From contig NC_086097.1 of the NCBI RefSeq assembly GCF_963921235.1, forward strand, positions 222,954,001 to 223,018,000: 64,000 nt of DNA, in the 5' to 3' direction. This DNA comes from Mobula hypostoma. Taxonomy: Eukaryota. The number at the start of each line of letters is the position of its first letter. Positions within the stretch are counted from its first letter, which is position 1. Positions 39,290 to 51,265 of the stretch are shown piece after piece. Below the pieces are notes generated by a model. The model was not told the DNA's origin. It made no database searches and was given only the letters and a program-made list of their open reading frames with translations. The position numbers and the translations under genes were made by a program.

Positions 39290-39655
39290 AGTGATGATAG
39301 AGGTATTCAGAATTATGAGGGGTATAGAAAGGGTAAATGCAAGCTGTCTTTTTCCACTGAGGTTGCAAGGGACTACAACCAGAGGTCATGGTTAAGAGTG
39401 AAAGGTGAAAAGTTTAAAGGGAACATGAGGAGAAACTTCACTCAAAAGGTCGTGAGAGTGTGGAACAAGCTGCCAGCATAAGTGGAGCATGCAAGCTCGA
39501 TTTCAACATTTAAGTGAAGTTTGGATAGGTACATGGATGGTAGGGATATGGAGGGCTGTGATCCCAGTGCAGGTCGATGGGAGTAGGCAATTTAAATGGT
39601 TTCAGCATGGACGATGGGCTGAAGGGCCTGTTTCTGTCTGGTACATTTCTATGAC
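39290..39655 (+). mobile_element. CR1 3' end
   Basis: gatagaggtattcagaattatgaggggtataga...gggctgaagggcctgtttc...ctatgactc. Confidence 0.85.
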
Positions 39656-41624
39656 TCAAATTAAAAGATGTCTTTATTAACATATGAATTATATTCACCA
39701 AGGAAGTGGACCTGAGCAAACTAATGGAGCTCAAGCTGACACATCTCCAGGTTCCTGGTGGAATTCATCTCAAAAAAGTGCAATTGTTGATGCATTCGTT
39801 TTAATTTTTTTTTCAAAATTATTTTGATTAGATTGGAAAATAGCGAATACAATTCCTTTATTCAGGAAAGGGAAACTGAAAAATGGAAACTCCAGGGCAG
39901 TTAGCTTAATGTATGTCACAAGGAAAATGTTAGAAACTTTTTAGAGACATTTATTCAGCCATTGCTTGGCAAAGGTTAATTGTTTAATGAGGATTGGCTG
40001 AACAGACTGTATCAACTGGAGTTTAGAACATTGAGCAGGGACTTACTGAAACATTAGCTCCTGATGGGCATTGATAGGGTGGATATGGAAAAAATGTTTT
40101 CACCTGGTAGGGCACTGAGGAGTGTGGTAGAACAAAGGGATCTGGCAATACAGGACTATAGAAGGAAACACAGTTACAGTAATATTTTAAATGAATGGCT
40201 AAATCTGAGATAAATATGCTTCAAGTTACCCAGAACAAAAGGCAACATCATTGAGAGGGTGGAGGGCAGAGAGAATAATGATGAAGGCAAATAGAAGAGA
40301 AAGCTAGTAAAAGGCTTTAGGAACATTTATGGAGAGTTATAAACAGTAAATGTTATGTGCTGAGATCTTTCATCAGGGCTGGAATGGAAGAAGGTGAAAC
40401 CAGGATAAGAAGTTGGGGGAGGGGAGAGTAAGGGCTAGGCAGGTGATAGGTGAGACTAGGTGAGGGGGAAGGTAGATGGGTGGGTGGGGACAGGAATAAA
40501 GTAAGAAGCTGAGAGGGGATAGGTGAAGGGGGTAAAGGGCTGAAGAAGAAGGACTCTAAAAGGAATAAATTTGGATGTGTAATAAAAAATTAAACTTTTG
40601 CAAGGCAGCGGAATAAAACAGGAGGAGTTAGTCAAATTGGATAGTTGTATGAGATAGTTCCACGGGCTGCACCAACAGACTGGTAGATTTTAAATGACAA
40701 ATGAAGACGTTTTTATTGACCTGGATAAAATAATTGCTTAATTTTGTATGTGTTGTCCTGTTTCACAGCTCTGATCATCCCTTTATGTAGTAGTGACATA
40801 GAGGATAATGGTGCCTAACAAAAAGGCAACACAATGGAATTGAGTTGAATCCATAAACTCTAAAGGGGAAGTCATTGTAATTTCTTAGTTTTTAATTCTA
40901 TAAGAAATTATAGATTGAGTTGCAGTAGGAAGTCTTTTATTATAGCATAGTGAAATAGAGCAAAAATATGAAATATAGGAAATATGGAATTTAACAAAAA
41001 TTTTGGAATTGTTTAGGCTGTCATTAATCACTAGAGAAAATGGGCAGGGTAATATGCTGATGTTGCATCTCCATTAAAACTGGAGACTTAAGTGATAACC
41101 AAGCTTTTGTATAAAATTATGAAGAGTATGAACAGGATAGATAAGTGAACATACAAAAATCACGAATTACTTTACAGGTTATTAGTATGTGTTTAAAATA
41201 TCTTGCACTCAAAGAGAATACTGCTTTATCACTGAATTTGCCATTTATCTCGTGGGCAGTGTGCCTTTATAGCAAATTTAGTTTGAGAATTTATTTTACG
41301 GTTAATTAATCCAAAATCAAAGGAAGGACAACCAACCAATCATCAATCTATCAAAAAAATTGCATCTTGTTCTTTCCTGATTCTACTTTGGGGCAATACA
41401 ATAACAATTTAAAGTGTGGTCAGCGATCAATCATGCATTTTGCTAAAGATTTGCTTTAACAATTTTATTGTACTTGCCACACAGGCTTTTCTAAATCCTA
41501 AAGTAAAATAGTCAGAATTGTTTTATAAACCCTTTGGAATTTTGAATTCAGTTGAAAGTTTTGAAACTTCAATATCTTCATTGCCTTTTCAACAATGAGT
41601 TATTCTACCTTTAATTTAAATTAG

Positions 41625-41781
41625 GTGCCCTATTGTAATATTGGATGACCCCTTATCAGCTTTGGATGCACAAGTAGGAAACCATGTTTTCCATCAAGGG
41701 ATCATTGGGATTTTAAAGAAAGAAAACAGAACTGCCATTGTTGTAACACACAAACTGGAATACGTTGAGGAAGCAGACTAT
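41625..41781 (+). CDS. ABCC SUR-like transporter, window exon 7: NBD1 Walker B, D-loop, H-loop
   Basis: attAG acceptor, TAT|GTAAGC donor; phase 2/0; CPIVILDDPLSALDAQVGNHVF...RTAIVVTHKLEYVEEADY; Walker B is followed by D rather than E, as usual for ABCC NBD1. Confidence 0.95.
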
Positions 41782-42629
41782 GTAAGCAAGATATCTTAAT
41801 TGAGTTTGTGGAGTTTCCCTTTAAGACATTAACATTCATTTAGATAATGTAGCATTCCTCCTGTAAAGAATGTGTCTATCAATTCTAAAGGATTTATTAT
41901 CGAAGTATACAACTTGAAATTCTTCTTCTCTGTATAGTCATGAAGCCAAGAAAGAAAGGCAGTGCAATCATCAACTCTCAAAATCACCCCTCCCCGCACA
42001 AAAAATGAATGAAAATGGAACCAGCAAATAAATACCCCAAATCCCTCCTCCCACACAAAAAAAACAAAACGGAAGAGGCACATCGACCCCCAATCTATTC
42101 CACTTTTAAATACCTCCTAAGGAGTTAAAGACCTTAGATGACTCTTTCCCATTAACCCTTCTCAAACAGTTTCACTGCTCTTTAGTTGGGCATTATATGC
42201 CTTCAAGTTCCATAGGGGAAGGAACAGACTGTTGAGCCCCTGGATTCTGTCTGCAACCTCAATTAGATTATTGATTGTATCTCAACATTAAATCCTCTTC
42301 TGTGCCTTCTCTCTTAGTACATTTATCTTAGAAAATGTAATTAATCTATTGTATAAAAGAAATCATTTGATTCCACATCCTCAGTGTAACAAATTACAGA
42401 TTTCATCCTTTAGTTATTTAATTCAGAAAAGGTCTGGCTGTGTTTTTTTTATTGAATATGCCCCCTTGTTCAGGATTGCCCCTGTCAAAATAATGTTTTG
42501 TGTCAAAAATGACTGAGTGTTGCTAGAAAGAAAAATGTAAGATTATTAAATGCCTTCATAAGGAGTGATTGAAACAAGAATCATGGAGAAGCTGGATATG
42601 CAGATAAGAGAATCAAACAAAAGGATACA

Positions 42630-43005
42630 TAAAACAAAGAACATAGACGAGTACAGCACAGAACCAGGCCTTATGGCCCACAATGTTGTGCCAAGCTCGC
42701 TAAAAAGCAAATCAAAACACCCAGACACGAATGCCTGCTACCTGCACCATGTCCATATCCCTCCATCTTTCTGTCCACCTAAGATCCATGCGCCTATCCA
42801 AGTGTCCTTTAAAAGCCTCGACCGCTTTACCAGGCATCCACAATTCTAAATAAAAAACTTACCCCTCCCATCCCCCTTGAACCTATGCCCTCTCATCTTC
42901 AATACATGCCCTCTGATATTAGACATTTCAACCCTGGGAAATAGATACTCTCTGTCCACTCTATGCCTCTCATAATCCTGTAAACCTCTGTCAGATCTCC
43001 CCAAC
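42630..43005 (-). mobile_element. CR1 3' end, decayed
   Basis: GDLTEVYRIMRG on minus strand; gtacagcacagaaccaggcc tail. Confidence 0.75.
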
Positions 43006-43289
43006 CTGATATATTAGAAATAAACGGAAGAGCAAGAGATAGCTTTACTGAAGCTTTAGCATCAGCGCGGATCTTTGACATGTTTATATGTTGGAAAAAC
43101 CTGTTAGCCCTAATGTGTTTGTTTCGCTGCCTCTCCTCCTTTTAGTATTTTTGGAAGTGTACAGTATGTAATCAAAATTATGTTCAACAAAATTTTTAGT
43201 TCAATGAAATAGTGTAAATATAACAAATCAGCAGCAAAAAGAATGAATTGAAATGTTTAATCTTCTGAACTGTGAATGGCTTGTTTTAG

Positions 43290-43395
43290 GTAATTGCTAT
43301 GCTGGATGGGAAGATTGAAATACAAGGCACCTACCAGGAGATTGCTAAACAAAATCCAGATTTGATAAAAACGTGGAAAAGCCTGACTTTAAAAG
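43290..43395 (+). CDS. ABCC SUR-like transporter, window exon 8: NBD1 C-terminus
   Basis: tttAG acceptor, G|GTTTGT donor; phase 0/1; VIAMLDGKIEIQGTYQEIAKQNPDLIKTWKSLTLK. Confidence 0.9.
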
Positions 43396-44648
43396 GTTTG
43401 TCTTGTAACATAAAATGCATTTCTGTAATATCTGGTATGTGAAGATTCACCTTTCTTGTAAAACCCACAGCACATTTTCACAAACTATCCTCTGTCTACA
43501 TAACCAAGCACTCCTTATTTCCCAGACAACATTGGAAAATTTGTTGCCCAGATTACAAAATTTAATATGTTTGAAAACAAAGCTTGAAACTTATGTTTAT
43601 GTGGCAATCTGTGGACATCAGGACATCTGTATCATGGCAGCACAGCTAGAGGTGTGGTCTAACAGCCTGGAGAGGCAATTCAAGAGCAGCAGCAGAGTCT
43701 GGAAAATACTAGCCTCCAGATTGTTCTCAGTTGACTCGCACCATCTACCTTTTAGGTGCAAAACGTCTAAATTAGATGGTCATTCATTATAAGCTTAAAG
43801 TTTGCTACTCCAGAAAACTCCTCTTAGGAATCCACATCAAGCACCAGAATTATCCAAGACGATTATAGAAATAATGGTCTTGTGTCTTTTTCCACCAAGG
43901 ATACTCCAGCTTTGTCACGATGATGATGATAACCTGACTACCAAAAACTATAGCACGTGAGGGATCAACTATTAGTGTCAAAATTTAGAATACTTATTCA
44001 AATTCTGCTTCAGTTTACTAGCTATCTGTGTAAGGCATTGCCAATAGTCCTTTCAAGTACTTCTTAAATTGCAATTTGAAAGGCTTTTCAATCAATCCAG
44101 CTGTAGTAAGTCTTTCCCTTACATATTGGTCACCTATGATATGTTCCCTTATGGTGACAGCTTAGGCAGTAGAAGAGTACTGAGCTTTTCTTGAGGACTC
44201 TGTGACCTTATGCAATTCTGGGTCTTGAGAACAAATATCCAGCATTTTAGAGCTATGTCAATGCTTGTTTCAGTTGGCCATTAGGTGCAAACAAGTGAAG
44301 GGGTTAATATGGAATTTGAAGTGCTATTGCCCAGGAAGAGTAATTATTATTACCTTGGGAAAGCCAAGATTTGTAATTACGAGTTTTAATAATAGTTGTG
44401 ACAAAGGGCTTTTTGAAAGTGGTGTTAGCAATCATGTTAATAGAGCTGATCACTTGAGTCATGGAAGGCAGAATAGTCCAGTTGGAAACTGTTCCCTATC
44501 ATTGGACACCAGACCAAATATCCCAGTAACATTAAAGCCCTTGCTCTAGCCACAAATTAATCTATATTACCACTTTTCCTCACTCTTGGGTGCCACTGGG
44601 AGAAATCAAGTGGTTACTATATTTTAAGTTCCTGTTTTTTAGTACTCC

Positions 44649-45343
44649 TGTAGCCCCCCCGGCCACCCTCAGGGTCGCTCGGCTCGCTGTCGTCTAGGGA
44701 AACAGCCTCGGCCCTGGCAAACTGGGTAATTCGTTTGTGTGGATGCTGTGTGAGGTACCCCACCCCGCCCAAATAACAGACAATACACCAGATGCAATTA
44801 AATGATTTACAGTTTATAGATATTACTGGAACTATATAATTAAAAGAGAATAAAATATAAAAGGAAAATAAAAGGCGCCGCACTTATCAAAGTTCAATCT
44901 CTTCGTGCACAAAAACCATTGGAGCTCAAGGACCTTCTTCTTCACCTTGCGACCCCCTCAGACCACCTTGACCGGCCACCTGGGACCAACAACGGTGGTC
45001 GACCAGACGCTCCACACGAGTCCGTCTCCGTCTCCTCGCCAAACGTCCCGCTCGGGGTCCGACCCCGTTAGCGTATTCACAGCACCTCGTCCATCCTCTG
45101 TCTCGCTCTCCCGCCTTCTGCCCCAAAACCCCGCGCATACAGTATCTTCAAATAAACCAAAACCATAACAACTATCCTAATTGGTTAATAGCATTCTCTT
45201 ATCAAACTCTAAAGCAAAAACAAGCTGCTAGCGCAAACTTTCTCAACGTTTAACACAACAAAGCCGCATTCCCTAGATTAACATAACAAAGATGCCATTT
45301 TAATTAGCCTCCACAGTAACATAAAAGTCGAAACCCCCTTACA
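44649..45343 (-). mobile_element. Solo LTR, probably Gypsy-type
   Basis: TGTA...TACA termini, 695 bp, CpG-rich against depleted flanks; flanking CTCC/CTTC is an imperfect 4-bp TSD; strand inferred. Confidence 0.7.
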
Positions 45344-45874
45344 CTTCATACCCATCATCCAGGAAATTGAAGTTTTGACTGCAGGACCTCAATATGTATT
45401 CTCTTTGCTGCTGATTACAGCATGTACCACAGCTTATGACTTATGCCTTATGATAATCTAAATACGCTCTGTAGTCTTCAATGAACCACTAACCTGGCAC
45501 GATGAAGTTGCTTCCCACAAGCCATCAGGTTAATCAAAATCTCCACACACTAACCCAACTTACTACGCACCCCACCACCATTACATACGTAGCATTACAT
45601 TGTGAACATACAGTCTATGCATAAAATAGTTACTTGCACATTGTCTTTTATAGGATTGCATTTATGCTTATTTATTGTGGGTTTTTTTGTTTTTCTTCAT
45701 TGTGTTCTTTATACTTAGTTTTTTTTATGCTACATCAGATCCGGAGTAACAATCATTTCATTCTCCTTTACACTCACGTACGGAAGAATGACAGTAAACT
45801 ATCTTAAAACTTGAATTCATGTATCATGTAAACTGAAGAAGAGCTAGTTATCTATCCTTTTGACCATTCAAATT

Positions 45875-46300
45875 TCAAAGTTCAGAATAAATTTATTATC
45901 AAAGTAAATATATGTGACCATATGCAACCCTGATATTCATTTTCTTACGGTCAGTAAGTTCAAGAAACACAATAGAATCAATGAAAGACCACACCAAACA
46001 GGACGGACAAACACCAATGTGCAAAGGACAATGAAATGTGAAAATGAGAAAGAGAAATGATAATAAATAAATAAGCAAAAAATATCGAGAGCATGAGGTG
46101 AAGAGTCCTTGAAAGTGAGTCCATAGGTTGTGGGAACATTTCTGTGATGGGACAAGTGAAGTTGAATGAAGCTATCCCCACTGGTTCAGGAGCCAGATAA
46201 TTGAGGGCTAATAACTGTTCCTGAAATCTGTGGGTCCTGCGGGTCTTGTACCTTCTTCCTGATGGCAGCGTGAAAAGAGAACATGGCATGGGTGTTGGTT
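45875..46300 (-). mobile_element. Rex1/Babar-type LINE 3' end
   Basis: SLFTLPSGRRYK; shares gaagagtccttgaaagtgagtcc..gttgtgggaaca with copies at 22170, 29080 and 63480. Confidence 0.85.
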
Positions 46301-46329
46301 AGGTATACCTTTTGAGCCAATCTCAGATT

Positions 46330-46790
46330 TCTCTCTGCAAAGTGACATCCCTACATCAGAATAGTAATTTAATGGTACAATGTTCCTGGAGTGTTAACGT
46401 ATTGACTGCATTTTCCTTATACTGATCTCTTTGAAGTGATCAATTCTGATGACCATTGTTCCAGGCATATTAATACCAAGTATTTTATTAAACATCATAT
46501 GAGGCTATTAAGCCTTTTGCGTTGCCAACCATATCCTGGATATCGAATTCCTGACATTAACCTGGTATTCGTGAGTACTTTACAGGACAGCCATGTTTTG
46601 ATACAATGCACCAGAGAGCTTGGTGATATACTGTAGCAAAGGTCTTTATCCAATCTATGAAAGCCAAGTTCAAGGGTTGCCTTTGTTCATGGCATTTTAC
46701 CTGCAATTAGCATGCTGTGAAGATCATGATATCTGCCACCTGCCTAAAACGTGCAGATACCATTGGCGGCACACCTGCATCATGATAATG
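46330..46790 (-). mobile_element. Decayed RTE-type LINE RT fragment
   Basis: Minus strand reads MIFTAC*LQVKCHEQRQPLNLAFID, like the RTE motif DMIF..RQLQEKC.EQ..PL..AFID. Confidence 0.65.
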
Positions 46791-47009
46791 AATAGACAGC
46801 ACATACTTTGTGTTGTCTACATTAAAATATCCATATTTTGCTAGGAGAGGATGCAATGGTGGACTAACAGGTAGGTCTTTTAAGAAAGAAATCAGAAAGG
46901 AGCAAGTAAAGAAAGGATTTATGCATTTATGAAAGAGATTGTAGGAGTCAGCAAGACTGGAGAAATTTTCAGAAGGGAAAATTGGAGTTGATTGCATATT
47001 TATCTATAA

Positions 47010-47225
47010 GACCATTAGACATAGCAGAATTAGGCCATTCAGCCCATCGAGCCTGCTGCACCATTCCCTCACGGCTGATCCCGGATCCCACACAATCCCA
47101 TACACCTGCCTTCTCACCATAACCTTTGATGTCCTGACCAATCAGGGAACTATCAATTTTCACTTTAAATATACCCACGCTCTTGGCCTCCACAGCTGTC
47201 TGTGGCAGAGCATTCCACAGATTCG
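47010..47225 (-). mobile_element. CR1 3' end
   Basis: NLWNALPQTAVEAKSVGIFK; tail similar to the 11166 copy. Confidence 0.85.
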
Positions 47226-47376
47226 CGGATTTACCTAATTTCTTACTCAGCTGTAAGAGCTGTAGATCAGCTTTTATTATCAATTCATGTACAGGATATG
47301 ATGTTGCTAGCAAGATGAGCATCTTTTGCCCATTCGTGATAGCCCTTGGTCTGAGGAGCTGTGTAGGAGCTTTCAT

Positions 47377-48352
47377 CATAGTCATAGTCATAGTCATACT
47401 TTGTTGATCCCGGGGGAATTGGTTTTTGTTACAGTTGCGCCATAAATAATAAATAGTAAAAGAAATAGTAATAGTCATAGAAATAATAAATAGTAATAGA
47501 AAATAGTAATAAATAGTAATATGTAAATTATGCCAGTAAATTATGAAATAAGTCCAGGACCAGCCTATCGGCTCAGGGTGTCTGACCCTCCAAGGGAGGA
47601 GTTGTAAAGTTTGATGGCCACAGGCAGGAATGACTTCCTATGACGCTTTGTGCTGCATCTCGGAGGAATGAGTCTCTGGCTGAATGTACTCCTCTGCCCA
47701 CCCAGTACATTATGTAGTGGATGGGAGACATTGACCAAGATGGCATGCAACTTAGACAGCATCCTCTTTTCAGACACCACCGGCAGAGAGTCCAGTTCCA
47801 TCCCCACAACATCACTGGCCTTACGAATGAGTTTGTTGATTCTGTTGGTGTCTGCTACCCTCAGCCTGCTGCCCCAGCACACAACAGCAAACATGATAGC
47901 ACTGGCCACCACAGACTCGTAGAACATCCTTAGCATCTTCTGGCAGATGTTAAAGGACCTCAGTCTCCTCAGGAAATAGAGACGGCTCTGATCCTTCTTG
48001 TAGACAGCCTCAGTGTTCTTAGACCAGTCCAGTTTATTGTCAATTCGTATCCCCAGGTATTTGTAATCCTTCACTATGTCCACACTGACCCCCTGGATGG
48101 AAACAGGGGTCACTGGTACCTTAGCTCTCCTCAGGTCTACCACCAGTTCCTTAGTCTTTTTCACATTAAGCTGCAGATAATTCTGCTCACACCATGTGAC
48201 AAAGTTTCCTACCGTAGCCCTGTACTCAACCTCACCTCCCTTGCTGATGCATCCAACTATGGCAGAGTCATCCGAAAACTTCTGAAGATGACAAGACTCT
48301 GTGCAGTAGTTGAAGTCCGAGGTGTAAATGGTGAAGAGAAAGGGAGACAAGG
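47377..48352 (-). mobile_element. Young Rex1/Babar-type LINE, 5'-truncated, uninterrupted RT C-terminal ORF
   Basis: LSPFLFTIYTSDF..QKFSDDSAIVG..LNVKKTKELVVD..YKYLG..RLYFLRRLRSF (~260 aa open); (CATAGT)n on + strand. Confidence 0.93.
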
Positions 48353-48856
48353 CAGTCATGGCCATTATTACAAATTCTATGTTTTAAATCGCGAATGGAT
48401 ACAAGTTCTCTACTTAACATGATGTGGTTCAGAGTCATCTCTGGAACAATGATACTTGACACAACGCAAATTGTTGTTTCCGTTAAAAATGAAATTTGGT
48501 GGACCATATAAAGCGTCAGTCAGCTTTCTGCTTGTTTTAGGCATGATGAAAATCTACCCCAATATTCAACGTGAAGAGTAAGTGAAATTCAGTTGGGGTG
48601 ATAGGTGATCAAGGACACTCACAAGGGATACGGTGAAGATTTAGAGACTTTATTAAAGGTGAAGAGGGTTTGGAAAAATCAAGGCCTGGAGGTAGTGGAA
48701 CTTCTGCCAGGAGGCAATAAATGGAAATCACATACCTCTCTGTGGGAATTGTGGGTTCCAGGAGGTCATGGTGCAGTTCAGAAAAAAAATTGCTTATTTT
48801 TCTGGTTTGTGATTATGCATGTTTGATTTAAAAGGAGTCAAATTCTATTTTAACAG

Positions 48857-49146
48857 ATGACCATTGTGAAGAAAAACAACCTAAATTTGAAATGGTGACT
48901 GAAGTATCAAAAATGGAAAAAAGGCCTGATGATAATCTGAAAGGAAAATTAATACAAGAGGAGGAAAAAGAAGAAGGTTCTATATCCATAAAAATATACT
49001 GGCATTATGCCCGTTCCATTGGTCTTTTCTTTTCATTTTTGTTAGTTCTCACAGTGACAGCAAAGCAAAGCTTTCTGGTAGCTATTGATTTCTGGCTTGC
49101 CCGGTGGTCATCTGCATTCAGGAACCATTCAGAAACTGAAACTCAG
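48857..49146 (+). CDS. ABCC SUR-like transporter, window exon 9: NBD1-TMD2 linker and TM12
   Basis: aacAG acceptor, CAG|GTCTGT donor; phase 1/0; GKLIQEEEKEEGSISIKIYWHYARSIG...FLVAIDFWLARWS. Confidence 0.92.
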
Positions 49147-49304
49147 GTCTGTATTCAATTTTTTTTTTCCTTGCTTCTTTCCCCAAAATACGTTAATAGC
49201 CTAGATCTAGCACTATATGTTATGTTATGGATGGTTTAATATTTAAATCCATTGGTGAATATGCAATTATTTTTACTTAGCCAACATTGTTTTATTTTTC
49301 CCAG

Positions 49305-49419
49305 TATGAAAATAATACAGGAGGTGACGTTTTCAGCCAGTACCTCCATGGGTACATTGGACTGGCTTGTGGAGGAATTTTGTGTGTTTTGTTCAGTTCC
49401 TCTACCCATGTCATTTCAG
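49305..49419 (+). CDS. ABCC SUR-like transporter, window exon 10: TM13
   Basis: cccAG acceptor, G|GTATGT donor; phase 0/1; YENNTGGDVFSQYLHGYIGLACGGILCVLFSSSTHVIS. Confidence 0.87.
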
Positions 49420-49563
49420 GTATGTGTATTCTTGCACAAGCAATTGGATCTAATAGAAGTATTAAGTGTAATCTAGCTAATAATGTGTTTATTGTCTTTC
49501 AGAATAGTTTTTTTACTTTGTTTACACATTCAATGGTTTCCTTATTATTTTGCCATTATGAAG

Positions 49564-49666
49564 GTTTCCGTGCTTCAAGACGTCTCTTCACAAACATGCT
49601 GCTCAATGTTACAACCCTCCCATTAAGATTCTTTGAAACAACACCTGTTGGAAGAATTCTAAACAG
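49564..49666 (+). CDS. ABCC SUR-like transporter, window exon 11: TMD2 intracellular loop
   Basis: tgaAG acceptor, AG|GTATGA donor; phase 1/2; GFRASRRLFTNMLLNVTTLPLRFFETTPVGRILNR. Confidence 0.93.
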
Positions 49667-50246
49667 GTATGAATCTTTTAAAAATACAATAATTACATAG
49701 TTCACTTCCAGGTAATAATCTTTTCTTAAAATATTATTGCATAGTATAACAGATTGGAATATTTGGAAGCTGTAATTATAGTGGAAAGCAAGACTGAGTT
49801 TCATATGGATTGTTAACCAGAAATGTGAAATGTGTCAGAGCTCCAGATATATATCTGCAAGCAACCTGGATTAATTGTTGTTAAGAAGAAAGTTTACAAA
49901 GTGGTCATTCACTTACATTCAATGCAATCTTTTCACTTCAAAATAATTTATGCAGGAAGTGAAGTTGGTGACATTAAGTTATTTTAGAGATAAATGCAGT
50001 GATTTTAGCAGATTACCGCGTTTGTTCTGGTATCTGCCTTCACTGGGATAAAAGCTTGGTCATCTGTATAAAAAGAATTTCATTACTTACTTTCAATGGA
50101 GGTTGTAAAATTCCCTGGGTTTTTTTTAAAGAATCTACTATAAATACAGTAATATGGTAGAACAAATAACTTGTATTTAAGGTTATATCTGGCATTATTA
50201 AATACACATTTGTGCACCAACTTATTGAGACCTTGTTTACTTCCAG

Positions 50247-50435
50247 GTTCTCATCTGATTTCAAGACCATAGATGATCAGATTCCCATGAGCCTGGAGAA
50301 ACTCATGGCACACATTATGTGGTGCTTCAGTGCCATTTTGATCAATGTGATCGTGACTCCTGTTTTCCTTCTTCCAATTGTTCCATTACTTGTTCTGTAC
50401 TATTTTCTTCAAGTGTTTTTTAGAGCTTCTGCCAG
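50247..50435 (+). CDS. ABCC SUR-like transporter, window exon 12: TM14-15
   Basis: tccAG acceptor, AG|GTAATT donor; phase 2/2; FSSDFKTIDDQIP...VTPVFLLPIVPLLVLYYFLQVFFRASAR. Confidence 0.94.
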
Positions 50436-50459
50436 GTAATTTTCTTTTAAGTGTTCTCC

Positions 50460-51265
50460 AGTTTAACTGATTGTCAATATGAATTGAATTGACTTTATTA
50501 CTTACATCCTTCATGTACGTGAGGAGTAAAAATCTTTTCATTACGTCTTTGTCTAAATGTGCAATTTTTTTGTAATTTATAATAAATAGTATGTACAACA
50601 GGACAGTCAATATAACATAGAGATACAGTTGTGCCAGCATGAATTAAGCAGTCTCATTGCCTGGTGGAAGAAGCTGTCCCGGAGCCTGTTGGGCCTGGCT
50701 TTTATGCTGCAGTACCATTTCTTGGATTGTAGCAGCTGCAGTTGGGGTGACTCAGGTAGCCAATGATCCTTCGGGTTCTTTTTACATGCCTGTCTTTGTA
50801 AACGTCCTGAATAGTGGGAAGTTCACATCTACAGATGCGCTGGGCTGTCGGCACCACTCTCTGCAGAGTCCTGCGATTGAGGGAAGTACAGTTCCAATAC
50901 CAGGCAGTGATGCAGCCAGTCAGGATGCTCTCAACTGTGCCCCTATAGAAAGTTCTTAGGATTTGGAGGCCCATACCAAACTTCTTCAGCCATCTGAGGT
51001 GAAAGAGGCGCTGTTGTGCCCTTTTCACCACACAGCCAGTATGTACAGACCACGTGAGATCCTAGGTGATGCTTATGCCGAGGAACTTAGTGTTCACCCT
51101 CTCAACCCCGGATCTATTGATGTCAATAGGGGTCAGCCTCCTGTAGTCCACAACCAGCTCCTTTATTTTCGCGACATTGAGGGAGAGGTTGTTTTCTTGA
51201 CACTACTGTGTCAGGGTGATGACTTCTTCTCTGTAGGCTGCCTTGTTATTATTTGAGATTAGGCT
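50460..51265 (-). mobile_element. Rex1/Babar-type LINE 3' part, about 25 nt downstream of exon 12
   Basis: KRAQQRLFHLRWLKKFGM..FYRGTVESILTGCITAWY; minus-strand AATAAA + (CAATT)n tail. Confidence 0.88.

Noticed and set aside
43800..44640. Possible decayed pogo-like transposase on the minus strand (KPFK-like and ANTTFK stretches)
   Set aside because: Similarity is too short and interrupted to support by eye.
47565..48365. 266-aa ORF as a host gene or autonomous retroelement
   Set aside because: It is the 5'-truncated RT C-terminus of a Rex1/Babar-type LINE; the start codon comes from flanking sequence and there is no endonuclease.
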